From a virus (taxonomy: Duplodnaviria; Caudoviricetes): a DNA stretch of 57,936 nucleotides. This document shows, piece by piece, positions 49,584 to 57,817 of this stretch. The DNA lies in IMG/VR virus record IMGVR_UViG_3300025723_000043, positions 1-57,936 of that record, one strand, 5' to 3'. The translations under genes were made by a program, and so were the position numbers. The stretch's first letter is position 1; each line of letters begins with the position of its first letter. The notes under the pieces were generated by a model. That model was given only the letters and a program-made list of their open reading frames with translations, ran no database searches and was not told the DNA's origin.

Positions 49584-52552
49584 TACAACATCCTCTCGTG
49601 AACGTGGACTTCATGACCATCAATGATGTGTTTAGTCACTTTTCCACCTTTTTTCTTGCTGAGTTTTACACCCTGAACGTCAGAACCTTTGGGTGCAACT
49701 AATAGCTTTTCATATACATCGTGCACTGGACCATTCCTGTTGATCTGCATTTGACCAACAACGTCACCAATACCAAATACGTCACCAACGCTTCTGGGAC
49801 GCAAAGTAGGGTTAGAACCTGTTCCAAGGTTGTTCAATAGAACAGGTGAGGCGTAATCAGTTCCTAAACCATACGCATGGCCCATACCTGCCTTGTCAAC
49901 TGTTGCGATGAATCCAAGGTCATTGAGGATTGAGTCACCACCAACTGGCTTGTACTTTCCTTGCTTGAGCAAGTTAGAGTTGGTAAACGATCCCTGACCC
50001 TTAGGCAAAGACTCCATGCCAGTGACTCCACCAGTTGTCATGATGGGTCTATTGGTGAGTGGATCAATGGCAACACCCACATCTTTGTGGATTTGATTGT
50101 CTAGTATGAGTCCAGTCTTAGGATCTATGAAGGCACCAGAGTGAAAGTCCTCACGCTTCATGTTATTAGCATTCAAGACTTTTTCAACCAAAGTCTGTAC
50201 TTGTGGGTTTTCCTCAGGATTGGTGAACCAACGATTAGGCATAGGTATCACTGGCTGACGATCAGATGTTTTGATCTTTTCAATCAAGTCATTGAGATCT
50301 GGAGCTTCTTTGGTAAACAATCCACGAATGGTATGGGCTAACTCAGGAGCTTCTGCCAGCATAGACTTGATTGCACCAAACTCGCCTCCACCTGCCATGT
50401 GTACAGGGCCACCACGCTTCTTAGTGATGTCAGGGTTGGTTACATCGTATGTGCCTTGGTTACCAATAGCTGATTTAATTTGTGTGGGATCAAACACACC
50501 CAAATTTTTAACCAATTCATTTTGATCATTGTGTTCGGTCAGATACATTGAATCGTGTCCAAGACTCTTGATTAAGTTCATTACTTCTGGATTTTCCAAT
50601 TCATACCAATGACCTTCAGATATTTGTTGTTTTGTTTTTTCTGGTAACGGTTTTCCTTTAACTTGTGCATATTCATCATACAAGTTAGATAGATGTAATG
50701 GATTTTCGTAATCAAATGGATTTTGTACATTTACATGGACTGGCATAATATGTGGCTTGTTTGCTTCATCGCTCTTATACATTCCAATATAATGATTAAC
50801 AAAATCAGTTTTAGGTGAAACAAAAATTGCTCCCCTTTGACTTGGTTTAAATTGATTAAAATCAGAAAAAGTTCCGTGATACATTACGTTTTTTTCTTTG
50901 CTTGGCTCAAGGAATTTGGCTTTGTTAGCCTCAGCCTCAGCCTTAGAGACTTCCTTGGTGCCTAGACCTTCCATAATGTTTTTAATGAGGCTTACAGCGT
51001 CTTCTGCTAGTCCTACCTTGCCTCCACCTGCAAAAGCTGTCTCAGCCCACTGAGTGTCTAGATTGTCAGACATATGGACAGACCCACCTTTTTTCTTTCC
51101 ATGGCGTTGTAGCCAAGTAAGATACTTTTCAGTAATGTCTTGACTAGGCAAGCCTTCACCTTTGATGCCAAGGGCAAGATCATAGTAGCCTGCAGGTGCA
51201 GTTCTAATCTTTTTACCTTCTGCTTCATTGATTTTATTTTGAGCCTGAACGTGCTCTTTAAATCGTTGGTGCCAATCAGGTAAAGCAATTTCAGTCTCAA
51301 CAGGGACAAAGTTTTGGTTCAAGTCTTCGCCATGGAGCAGTGTTGGAAAGCCGGGGTGCAGGTCAGGCCTATAGCTCGTGTCCCCACTTAACCTAAACAT
51401 CCTTGGCCCAATGGCATATGTGGGTATCTCACCACCATGCTCTGGATGCAACAAGTTTGGCTCAGACTCTGCTCTAAGAATATCTGAAGGCTTGAAGATA
51501 ACACCCTTGCCACTCTTCTCCCCACCCATGGAAATGCCACCCTTTTTGGGTTCAAACGGACTTTTACCCATTATCAGGTCAGCCACCAAGCCTCGCTTTT
51601 CAAATGTATCGATAAGCTTCCAAATATGTGGGTCTTTGATGTTTGCATCAGGTCCTAAGAACAATTGAAGGTTTTTATTAAATTTGTCCTCAAGCTCAGG
51701 ACTCATTTTTCCTGCCTTCAGGTTTTTTAAGAATTCTCTTTTTAATTGATCAAAAACAACTGGATTTGATTTATGTTGGTCAGCAGAACCAAGCATTGTT
51801 GTGTAGATTGCGTTCTCATCATTTAGGTTTAATAAACGACTAGCTGTACCCTCATCCATTACACCCCACACTTTTCCAGAATACTCAGGGTCAACTTGGC
51901 TTATGGCTGGAAAAGAAGCTCCACCAATGTTGCCACCACCAACCTTTGTTCTGTCTGACTGTGTAGTAATTAGTCTACCTTTTCCCTCAACATTGAGGTT
52001 GCCAAGGGCTTCTGACAGTTTTGTCTGTGGGCTACTGGCTATATAGTGGCTTGCTTGCTCTCCAGCTTGCCTTCTATATGGGGCATTAATTCCCAATGGT
52101 TGAGGTACCATGGCTTTAAGCCAGTCAGGGCCTTGGCCCATCATAGCCTCGCTCAAGCCCTGTCCAGCTATTGAAGCACCTTTACCAATGGCTTTAGGCA
52201 CAGCTTCCATCAAGGGGTTGAATGGCGAGTATTCACCTAATGTGCTTGCAAACCTGCCTTCAGGTGAGGTTGCCTTCAGGGGAAGCTTCTGCTCCCACCA
52301 ATCTGAAGTCAATGGAATTTCTGGTGCTTTTTTGCCAGTGACCAACTCATCTAGTCTTGGTGAGCGTGCAGATGTGTATATGTCTGAGGCCATCTGAACT
52401 AGGTCAGCAGGCAAACCCAATCCAGTCTTTACAGCTCCACGAACCATCTGGACTGGCATATCTTTAGAAGCCTCAGGATCTTGAAACGATCTTGTTGGCT
52501 TCATCTGTGGGAAGACACCAAACGATGCTCCCGTACTGTTGTCATCAGGCAT
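49583..52552 (-). CDS. Polyvalent-type multi-domain protein containing an ADP-ribosyltransferase (ART-PolyVal-like) domain
   Basis: VMYHGT...F..F, IFVS, ..PV.V...NP, G.DS, VF.PTQIKSAIGN.G.YD..NPDI; modules separated by KKGG/FAGGG/MAGGG. Confidence 0.72.
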   Translation of the reverse strand: MPDDNSTGASFGVFPQMKPTRSFQDPEASKDMPVQMVRGAVKTGLGLPADLVQMASDIYTSARSPRLDELVTGKKAPEIPLTSDWWEQKLPLKATSPEGRFASTLGEYSPFNPLMEAVPKAIGKGASIAGQGLSEAMMGQGPDWLKAMVPQPLGINAPYRRQAGEQASHYIASSPQTKLSEALGNLNVEGKGRLITTQSDRTKVGGGNIGGASFPAISQVDPEYSGKVWGVMDEGTASRLLNLNDENAIYTTMLGSADQHKSNPVVFDQLKREFLKNLKAGKMSPELEDKFNKNLQLFLGPDANIKDPHIWKLIDTFEKRGLVADLIMGKSPFEPKKGGISMGGEKSGKGVIFKPSDILRAESEPNLLHPEHGGEIPTYAIGPRMFRLSGDTSYRPDLHPGFPTLLHGEDLNQNFVPVETEIALPDWHQRFKEHVQAQNKINEAEGKKIRTAPAGYYDLALGIKGEGLPSQDITEKYLTWLQRHGKKKGGSVHMSDNLDTQWAETAFAGGGKVGLAEDAVSLIKNIMEGLGTKEVSKAEAEANKAKFLEPSKEKNVMYHGTFSDFNQFKPSQRGAIFVSPKTDFVNHYIGMYKSDEANKPHIMPVHVNVQNPFDYENPLHLSNLYDEYAQVKGKPLPEKTKQQISEGHWYELENPEVMNLIKSLGHDSMYLTEHNDQNELVKNLGVFDPTQIKSAIGNQGTYDVTNPDITKKRGGPVHMAGGGEFGAIKSMLAEAPELAHTIRGLFTKEAPDLNDLIEKIKTSDRQPVIPMPNRWFTNPEENPQVQTLVEKVLNANNMKREDFHSGAFIDPKTGLILDNQIHKDVGVAIDPLTNRPIMTTGGVTGMESLPKGQGSFTNSNLLKQGKYKPVGGDSILNDLGFIATVDKAGMGHAYGLGTDYASPVLLNNLGTGSNPTLRPRSVGDVFGIGDVVGQMQINRNGPVHDVYEKLLVAPKGSDVQGVKLSKKKGGKVTKHIIDGHEVHVHERML

Positions 52553-52604
52553 GATTATCCCCCACTGCGATGTCTGCCATTATGCCAACCTTTTGGCTGT
52601 GGGT

Positions 52605-54026
52605 CTACTGAGCATAAGGGTTGCCTTTGTTTCTTGGCATACCTGAGTCCACATAGTCATCCATGTCCCATGCCTCTGGAGCTGGTCCATCAATGTCTAA
52701 CCAGCCTGAATCCCTCAGATATCTCAGAGCTTGAGTCATGGCATCCACAAAGTCATCATGAGCTGACTCAGGAAAGCTACAGACTTGGCTGACCATGCCC
52801 TCTGCCCAGTCTTTGACGAAGCCCTTGGTCTTACTGCTCTCAGGTATCCAGACTCTGCCCATGGCGATGATGTTGGAGACGATGTTGAGCCTTTGGGTCT
52901 TGTCTGCACGCCCCGGGTTGTACGCCCGTACAGGCAAATGTGCTCGTTGAAGGTCTTGTATCAGGGAAATCCCTGCTGACTTGTCCTCAATCAGAATCAA
53001 GTCCACCCTCTTCTTCTCCCTGCCATCCCCAAACACAACCTCAAACTCCTCTTTAACTTTGGGACGCAAGTCAGGATACTGTAAGCGATCTTGCCAGCAG
53101 TCGATCACCATCACGCTCATTGGACCATCTGTAGGGCGAAAGCAACCAAAGGTTATCGAGGCTGTTGGATCGTTTATCGTCTTATCTGTATAGGCACAGT
53201 CATAAGACTGGACAATGAACTCGAACTTAGGGAACTCCTTGCTGTTAGGCCATAGCCTGAACATAGAACGCTTGATGATGCCAGTGTCCTCGGGGTCCAG
53301 AATCTCAGCGTAGATTTCCTGTTTCCCAAGCTTTGTCCCCTCGTACTGCAGAATCTGCTTTTGGAACGATGGGCTCAAGTTTTTGATGTTGTCGTAGGTA
53401 GAGGCTGTGGTGACCTTCACATCGTCACCATCCCTGCCTACAAGCTCCACGATGAGGTCTTTGGGCCTTGGGGTAGTGGTAGCTATGATCCTAGTGCGTT
53501 CACCTAAACGGACTGAGAACATGACTTGGTCGTAGGCTTCTTGGAGGTAGTCCCATGCGGCCAACTCATCCAACCACGCCCCATGATACTGCCCTCCACG
53601 AAAACGCTCAGGCTCTGACGCTGGCACTCCCTTGATCAGCGATCCATTGATCAGCTTGATCTCGCTGTACGCCCTGTTGTAGTCAGAAATGATTTGCTCA
53701 GGAATGCAGGCAATGAGTCCGCTCTCGCCTTCAAACATAGTTCCCCGAACGTCCGCAGAAGTTGGTCCAGCACACAGCCAGCGTGAGTTCGGTTCTTGCC
53801 ATGCCCACCACCAGATCTGCTCTGCCGCAGTCCTCGTCTTCCCGGCACCTCTACCTGCCAAAAGGAGCCAAAAGTTCCACCAATCCCCTTGTGGCAACTT
53901 CTGATGCCTGTGCTGTTTCTGTATCCACTGGAGCCTTCTCGCATAAGCTATCTGGTCAGTTGGATCTAAGACATCAAAGGCTTCCTTCACCTTTGGGTCC
54001 TTCAGCAATGCGAACGCATCACTCAT
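52605..54026 (-). CDS. terL: Terminase large subunit
   Basis: AGRGAGKT Walker A, WLDE Walker B, TTTP, QSYD.A...D, IEDK..G, HDD.VDA.TQ nuclease motifs. Confidence 0.95.
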   Translation of the reverse strand: MSDAFALLKDPKVKEAFDVLDPTDQIAYARRLQWIQKQHRHQKLPQGDWWNFWLLLAGRGAGKTRTAAEQIWWWAWQEPNSRWLCAGPTSADVRGTMFEGESGLIACIPEQIISDYNRAYSEIKLINGSLIKGVPASEPERFRGGQYHGAWLDELAAWDYLQEAYDQVMFSVRLGERTRIIATTTPRPKDLIVELVGRDGDDVKVTTASTYDNIKNLSPSFQKQILQYEGTKLGKQEIYAEILDPEDTGIIKRSMFRLWPNSKEFPKFEFIVQSYDCAYTDKTINDPTASITFGCFRPTDGPMSVMVIDCWQDRLQYPDLRPKVKEEFEVVFGDGREKKRVDLILIEDKSAGISLIQDLQRAHLPVRAYNPGRADKTQRLNIVSNIIAMGRVWIPESSKTKGFVKDWAEGMVSQVCSFPESAHDDFVDAMTQALRYLRDSGWLDIDGPAPEAWDMDDYVDSGMPRNKGNPYAQ

Positions 54027-54027
54027 A

Positions 54028-54540
54028 TTAAGACTTTAGTTCAATGTTCTGCAAAACTTGGTCCATCAGCTCTTTGGCTTGGACCTTGATGTTGATCTGT
54101 ATGTCTTCACCATTCTCGCCAGTCACAATGGCTCTATCACCATACTTACGAGGCTTCAGCTTGCTTGCAATCCACTTCCTAGCATCTACCCTCAACCTGT
54201 TCCTTTGAATGCCACTAGGATCGATTGAACGCTCCTCTTCCCTCTTATCACCTTCACCCCTCAAGATGATCTTTTCAGGTATTTCATCAGCAATATCCAT
54301 GATCTCATCTGCTAATGTATCTGCCTGATCTTCCTTCGCTTTCTCGTACATATGTAAAAAATCTGGATACTTTATCATCCAGTTATACACTGTTTTGATT
54401 GTAGGTAAGTCTTCTTTCTTACAAATGCTATTGAGTGAGTTGCCTTCTGCTATTTGGGTGCAGATGTCTACAGCAATCTCTAGGTTGTATTTAGTAGGTC
54501 TACCAACTGGGTTTGGCGTTACTTGTTTTGTATCAGGCAT
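54028..54540 (-). CDS. terS: Terminase small subunit
   Basis: GRPTKY....IC..IA.G.SL..IC, W....P.F...Y..A, LADEI..IAD, RLRVDARKW.ASKL.P.KYGD. Confidence 0.9.
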   Translation of the reverse strand: MPDTKQVTPNPVGRPTKYNLEIAVDICTQIAEGNSLNSICKKEDLPTIKTVYNWMIKYPDFLHMYEKAKEDQADTLADEIMDIADEIPEKIILRGEGDKREEERSIDPSGIQRNRLRVDARKWIASKLKPRKYGDRAIVTGENGEDIQINIKVQAKELMDQVLQNIELKS

Positions 54541-54590
54541 TCCCTATCCTTTGAAAGTCTTATGCTGATCAGGAGTTTAACCTAAAAGTA

Positions 54591-54899
54591 TCAGCCCTGC
54601 ATGACTCTTCTGTTGAGCCTGTCGATATTTGCTTTTTGGGCTTTGATAGTTTCGTCAGCTATCGCTAGTTTGTTCTCTAGGTATTTGAGTCTTGCTTGTG
54701 CGTACTCTACCCAGTTCATCCACTCTAAGTCGTTGACCTCTTCTTGTGTTGGTGTCTTTGGCTTTACGTTCAATGGCTGAGCTTTGTTTGCCTTGATGGT
54801 AGTTTGTCTTGGATTCAGAACAGACTTAATCTCTTTTTTTTCTTTGGGTGCCTTGGTCGCAGGAGTCTTTGCCTTGGCAGTCGTGAGCTTTTGTGTCAT
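54591..54899 (-). CDS. Hypothetical protein (basic N-terminus, C-terminal coiled coil)
   Basis: Start at MTQKL after GGAG. Confidence 0.65.
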   Translation of the reverse strand: MTQKLTTAKAKTPATKAPKEKKEIKSVLNPRQTTIKANKAQPLNVKPKTPTQEEVNDLEWMNWVEYAQARLKYLENKLAIADETIKAQKANIDRLNRRVMQG

Positions 54900-55023
54900 C
54901 TTTAGTTCTCCATATTGTACCACAATCGGTACATTTGTAAATAAAATCAATTACAACTTCGAGTTTCCGATTGCGTACTTGTCCCCTCATCTTGGCGTTG
55001 TACGTCTTGATTTGTTCGATCAT
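54826..55023 (-). CDS. Small Zn-finger protein
   Basis: YKCTDCG.IW....A..H.C. Confidence 0.55.
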   Translation of the reverse strand: MIEQIKTYNAKMRGQVRNRKLEVVIDFIYKCTDCGTIWRTKDDTKAHDCQGKDSCDQGTQRKKRD

Positions 55024-55049
55024 TTACTTGTTGTTAACTTAATCTTTTG

Positions 55050-55202
55050 TTAATCATTATACCAATAGTTTTCTACCCAGTGTTCATACCATCCCCACAT
55101 GAAGAGCCAATTCCAATATTTCTCTCCAAATATGTCTTGGCTCTCAAATGTGTTTTTTGCTACGGACAAACAAAATTCTCTTGATGGTGGATTTTTGATC
55201 AT
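55050..55202 (-). CDS. Trp-rich hypothetical protein (50 aa)
   Basis: Manual ORF MIKNPPSREFCL...WNWLFMWGWYEHW; ATGA coupling. Confidence 0.5.
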   Translation of the reverse strand: MIKNPPSREFCLSVAKNTFESQDIFGEKYWNWLFMWGWYEHWVENYWYND

Positions 55203-55441
55203 TTCTTCATGCCTCGAATGTAAACAGTGAACGATGCAATGGTGTCTTCACCAAAACCTTTGAATTTCTCGATTTCTTGGGCCACCTCGTCTAATACTTC
55301 GTTACGCTTGTAGTTCTCATATGCGACATCAAAGGCTTTGCTGGCCAGCTTCAGCTCATCCCGCAACGCCTGTTGTGTTTCTATGATTCTCTTTTGATCA
55401 CGCTCGATGCGCTCGAACTCTTCGTCTTCAGGTGTTTTCAT
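55199..55441 (-). CDS. Hypothetical protein
   Basis: EDEEFERIE...RNEVLDEVA.E..K...FG.DT.ASF..YIR.MK. Confidence 0.7.
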   Translation of the reverse strand: MKTPEDEEFERIERDQKRIIETQQALRDELKLASKAFDVAYENYKRNEVLDEVAQEIEKFKGFGEDTIASFTVYIRGMKK

Positions 55442-55571
55442 CTTTCTCTCCCATAACCCTTAATCCCAAAAATAAAAAAAATGCAAACCAGTAGTGATCA
55501 TTCATAATCAAATAAATGATGGCAGCAATCAACACTAGATTTGTAATCAGTTGAAACCAATATTCGTTCAT
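55428..55571 (-). CDS. Small two-TM protein (47 aa)
   Basis: Manual ORF MNEYWFQLITNLVLIAAIIYLIM...; ATGA coupling. Confidence 0.5.
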   Translation of the reverse strand: MNEYWFQLITNLVLIAAIIYLIMNDHYWFAFFLFLGLRVMGEKDENT

Positions 55572-55951
55572 GTATTGCGCTCCTTCAGCTTGTCTTCCAA
55601 AGCCCTTCCCATTTTTTGAAAATTCATAGTATCCATGTAAATTTTTTCTATTTCTTCATCAGTCAACCCAACCCATTTTTTCGTTTCTAACTCCTCAACG
55701 CGTTTTGCCAACCTTTGAATTTCCTCAACCATATCTTTAAATCCATCCCAGTCTGGATTGAATTCGTTTGGTGATTTGTATTGACATCCTTTTTTCTTGG
55801 TGTGTCCGCAGTCACCTCCACAACTAGGACATGGCCTCATGGTTTCTTCTCCTTTTGGTATGTAATGTGGATATGGTTTATTGACCAACTCCACGCCTTG
55901 GCCAGTCTCATAGGCTTTGACAGACTTACTGTCCCACATCGGTTGTTTCAT
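55568..55951 (-). CDS. Hypothetical protein, WVGLT cassette family with Cys module
   Basis: CPSCGGDC...C; EFNPDWD; KWVGLTDEEI...LEDKLKERNT. Confidence 0.7.
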   Translation of the reverse strand: MKQPMWDSKSVKAYETGQGVELVNKPYPHYIPKGEETMRPCPSCGGDCGHTKKKGCQYKSPNEFNPDWDGFKDMVEEIQRLAKRVEELETKKWVGLTDEEIEKIYMDTMNFQKMGRALEDKLKERNT

Positions 55952-56184
55952 GTGTTCTTCACCTTAATAGTTGAGTCAGCCATCAACACAGCCCACTCAA
56001 TTGATTGTGCGTTAGCTACAATTGTTTTAACTTCATCAGCAGTCAATGCTTTCCAATTTTTGCTTGTATCTTGAGTTATGTGTGGGGTTGTCAACACCAA
56101 CAAAATTTCATGGTTTTGTTTAACAATCTGTTCGTTCACCGCAAAAATTCGTTGCAACAATTCCGTGGCTTCTTTTGTGTTCAT
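55948..56184 (-). CDS. Hypothetical protein, WVGLT-like cassette family
   Basis: WKALTADEV...IKVKNT. Confidence 0.65.
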   Translation of the reverse strand: MNTKEATELLQRIFAVNEQIVKQNHEILLVLTTPHITQDTSKNWKALTADEVKTIVANAQSIEWAVLMADSTIKVKNT

Positions 56185-56492
56185 CTGTTATCCTCCGTTG
56201 TAATGTCTTCTGTTCTATGCCTGATGCAAGCTTTACCGCAATACTCATCCCAGTTCTTCTGTGTTGTCACCTTCTCACCGCACCGAGTCACATAGTGGTA
56301 ATCACCATCGTAAAACCTGTAGACTTTGCACCCATCCACCTCTTGAATGACTTGCATGGCGTGGCTTCTTTCAAGCTCATCTTCACTTGGGCCAAAACCT
56401 AACCACAACCCATATGCCATAGCCAATGCTAGAAAACACATGACGATGACAACAAGTATTGAGTAAATTATTTCTTCGATTCTTAATCTCAT
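56181..56492 (-). CDS. Membrane-anchored protein (EVDGCKVYRF.D motif)
   Basis: N-terminal TM, DGC.VYRF.D...Y..RC. Confidence 0.65.
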   Translation of the reverse strand: MRLRIEEIIYSILVVIVMCFLALAMAYGLWLGFGPSEDELERSHAMQVIQEVDGCKVYRFYDGDYHYVTRCGEKVTTQKNWDEYCGKACIRHRTEDITTEDNR

Positions 56493-56782
56493 GTGTTCTT
56501 ATCCTTCAGCTTGGCTTCTACTTTTTCAATTAACAATGCGTAGCAAGATTCTGGAACATATTTATCGTAAAGTTCATTAAATTCATCATCCGTCAGTCCT
56601 ACCCATGTGCGTTGTGGTGCAACATAATTTGGCCCCGCCATGTGTTCGTGGAATTGCTCCCACGGCACAGGCTTAACTTGCTTTTGTTTTGGTTGTTGTA
56701 GTTCTTCATTAGGGCATTTGCAAGTTCTTGGATTGCCTACATACCAACATTCGCCACAATCTTCGCAACAAAACTTAAACAT
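56489..56782 (-). CDS. Hypothetical protein, WVGLT cassette family with N-terminal Cys cluster
   Basis: CCEDCGEC...C.C; PQRTWVGLTDDE...VEAKLKDKNT. Confidence 0.7.
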   Translation of the reverse strand: MFKFCCEDCGECWYVGNPRTCKCPNEELQQPKQKQVKPVPWEQFHEHMAGPNYVAPQRTWVGLTDDEFNELYDKYVPESCYALLIEKVEAKLKDKNT

Positions 56783-57185
56783 GATTTTTCTCCTTGAGAT
56801 ATTTTTCGTAGTCGTTCATTAAAGATACTGCCGTTTTTCTATCCCAGTTTGATGGGTAATACGCAACAACAAATTGCGCCTTTTCCTCATCCGTAAGTCC
56901 TACCCATGTGCGTTGTGGTGTGGTGTAAAGAGGTCTGCAAGATTCATCTGTCTTTACACAAATCATGTAGCCTTTACTATCTATCCATCCCACAGGCTCA
57001 TCTTTTGTTTCTAGTTGTTCTTTATAAGTAGATTTAGATGCCATGTTTTGCACATCAATAACAAGACGTAGTGCAGTAATGGCTTTGTCGTAACGATTAC
57101 ATTGCGCTTCATCTTTCAATGGCAAATAAGGTATAAAACCCTCCAACGCATCAAGCGCCAGTTTCAATGTTTCATCTTTAGTCAT
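56775..57185 (-). CDS. Hypothetical protein, WVGLT cassette family (homolog of 3703-4140)
   Basis: MTKDETLKLALDALE...EPV.W...PLYTTPQRTWVGLTDEE...LKEKN. Confidence 0.75.
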   Translation of the reverse strand: MTKDETLKLALDALEGFIPYLPLKDEAQCNRYDKAITALRLVIDVQNMASKSTYKEQLETKDEPVGWIDSKGYMICVKTDESCRPLYTTPQRTWVGLTDEEKAQFVVAYYPSNWDRKTAVSLMNDYEKYLKEKNHV

Positions 57186-57348
57186 CTTTGTCTTCTTCTT
57201 TCATTGCTCCCAACATATGGTTTAAAGCGTATAGTCTCTTTGTGATTTCTATCTGTTGTTGATGCAAACGAGTTGATGCTTCTCCTAACGCTTTGTTTGC
57301 ACCATATAACTCAATAAGTTCATCTTGAATTTCTTCTTTGGTTTTCAT
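57178..57348 (-). CDS. Hypothetical coiled-coil protein (homolog of 4482-4652)
   Basis: Manual ORF of 56 aa, MKTKEEIQDELIELYGANKALGEASTRLHQQQ... Confidence 0.7.
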   Translation of the reverse strand: MKTKEEIQDELIELYGANKALGEASTRLHQQQIEITKRLYALNHMLGAMKEEDKDD

Positions 57349-57551
57349 TCTTGTCCCCTTGCTTTTATCATTGCGTCTGCATACTGGTAAGCCTTACCAC
57401 CCACAAACTCAAGAGTTGTTGTAAATCTGTTGTCTTCTCTACCAATAATTGCTTGCATAGCCTTTGCCGCAAAGTAATCACGCAATGTCATACCTGTACA
57501 AGTAATGTCTTTATGCGTCCAAGGAAATGCAGTTGGTAGTTCATTAATCAT
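57345..57551 (-). CDS. Conserved small phage protein (GMTLRDYFAAKAM family)
   Basis: AFP...GMTLRDYFAAKAMQ...AY..ADAM..AR. Confidence 0.8.
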   Translation of the reverse strand: MINELPTAFPWTHKDITCTGMTLRDYFAAKAMQAIIGREDNRFTTTLEFVGGKAYQYADAMIKARGQE

Positions 57552-57817
57552 TCTTTCCCCCTTCCATCAGGATGTTCATTAAATTCTGTTACGGCTTGGT
57601 GATGCAACATTGGCGCATTGCGTTTCAAATAACGCATCGCTGATCTTTTCCAATGAGCCAAATTGATGCAACTTTTAAAAATGATATGGTTTGCTTCTTC
57701 AACTTCTTTTTCTGCTACTAATTCTCCAAATGCCCACAAAGCCTCATATCCACTTTCACCATGAGCATATTGCCATCCCGCTTGTTTAGCCAACTCAATC
57801 ATTTCATCTTTAGTCAT
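57548..57817 (-). CDS. Hypothetical cassette protein
   Basis: MTKDEMIELAKQAG...F..LVAEKE; ATGA overlap with the junction gene stop. Confidence 0.7.
   Translation of the reverse strand: MTKDEMIELAKQAGWQYAHGESGYEALWAFGELVAEKEVEEANHIIFKSCINLAHWKRSAMRYLKRNAPMLHHQAVTEFNEHPDGRGKE

Noticed and set aside
14214-54540. Stop-codon reassignment
   Set aside because: Essential genes are full length and densely packed under the standard code.
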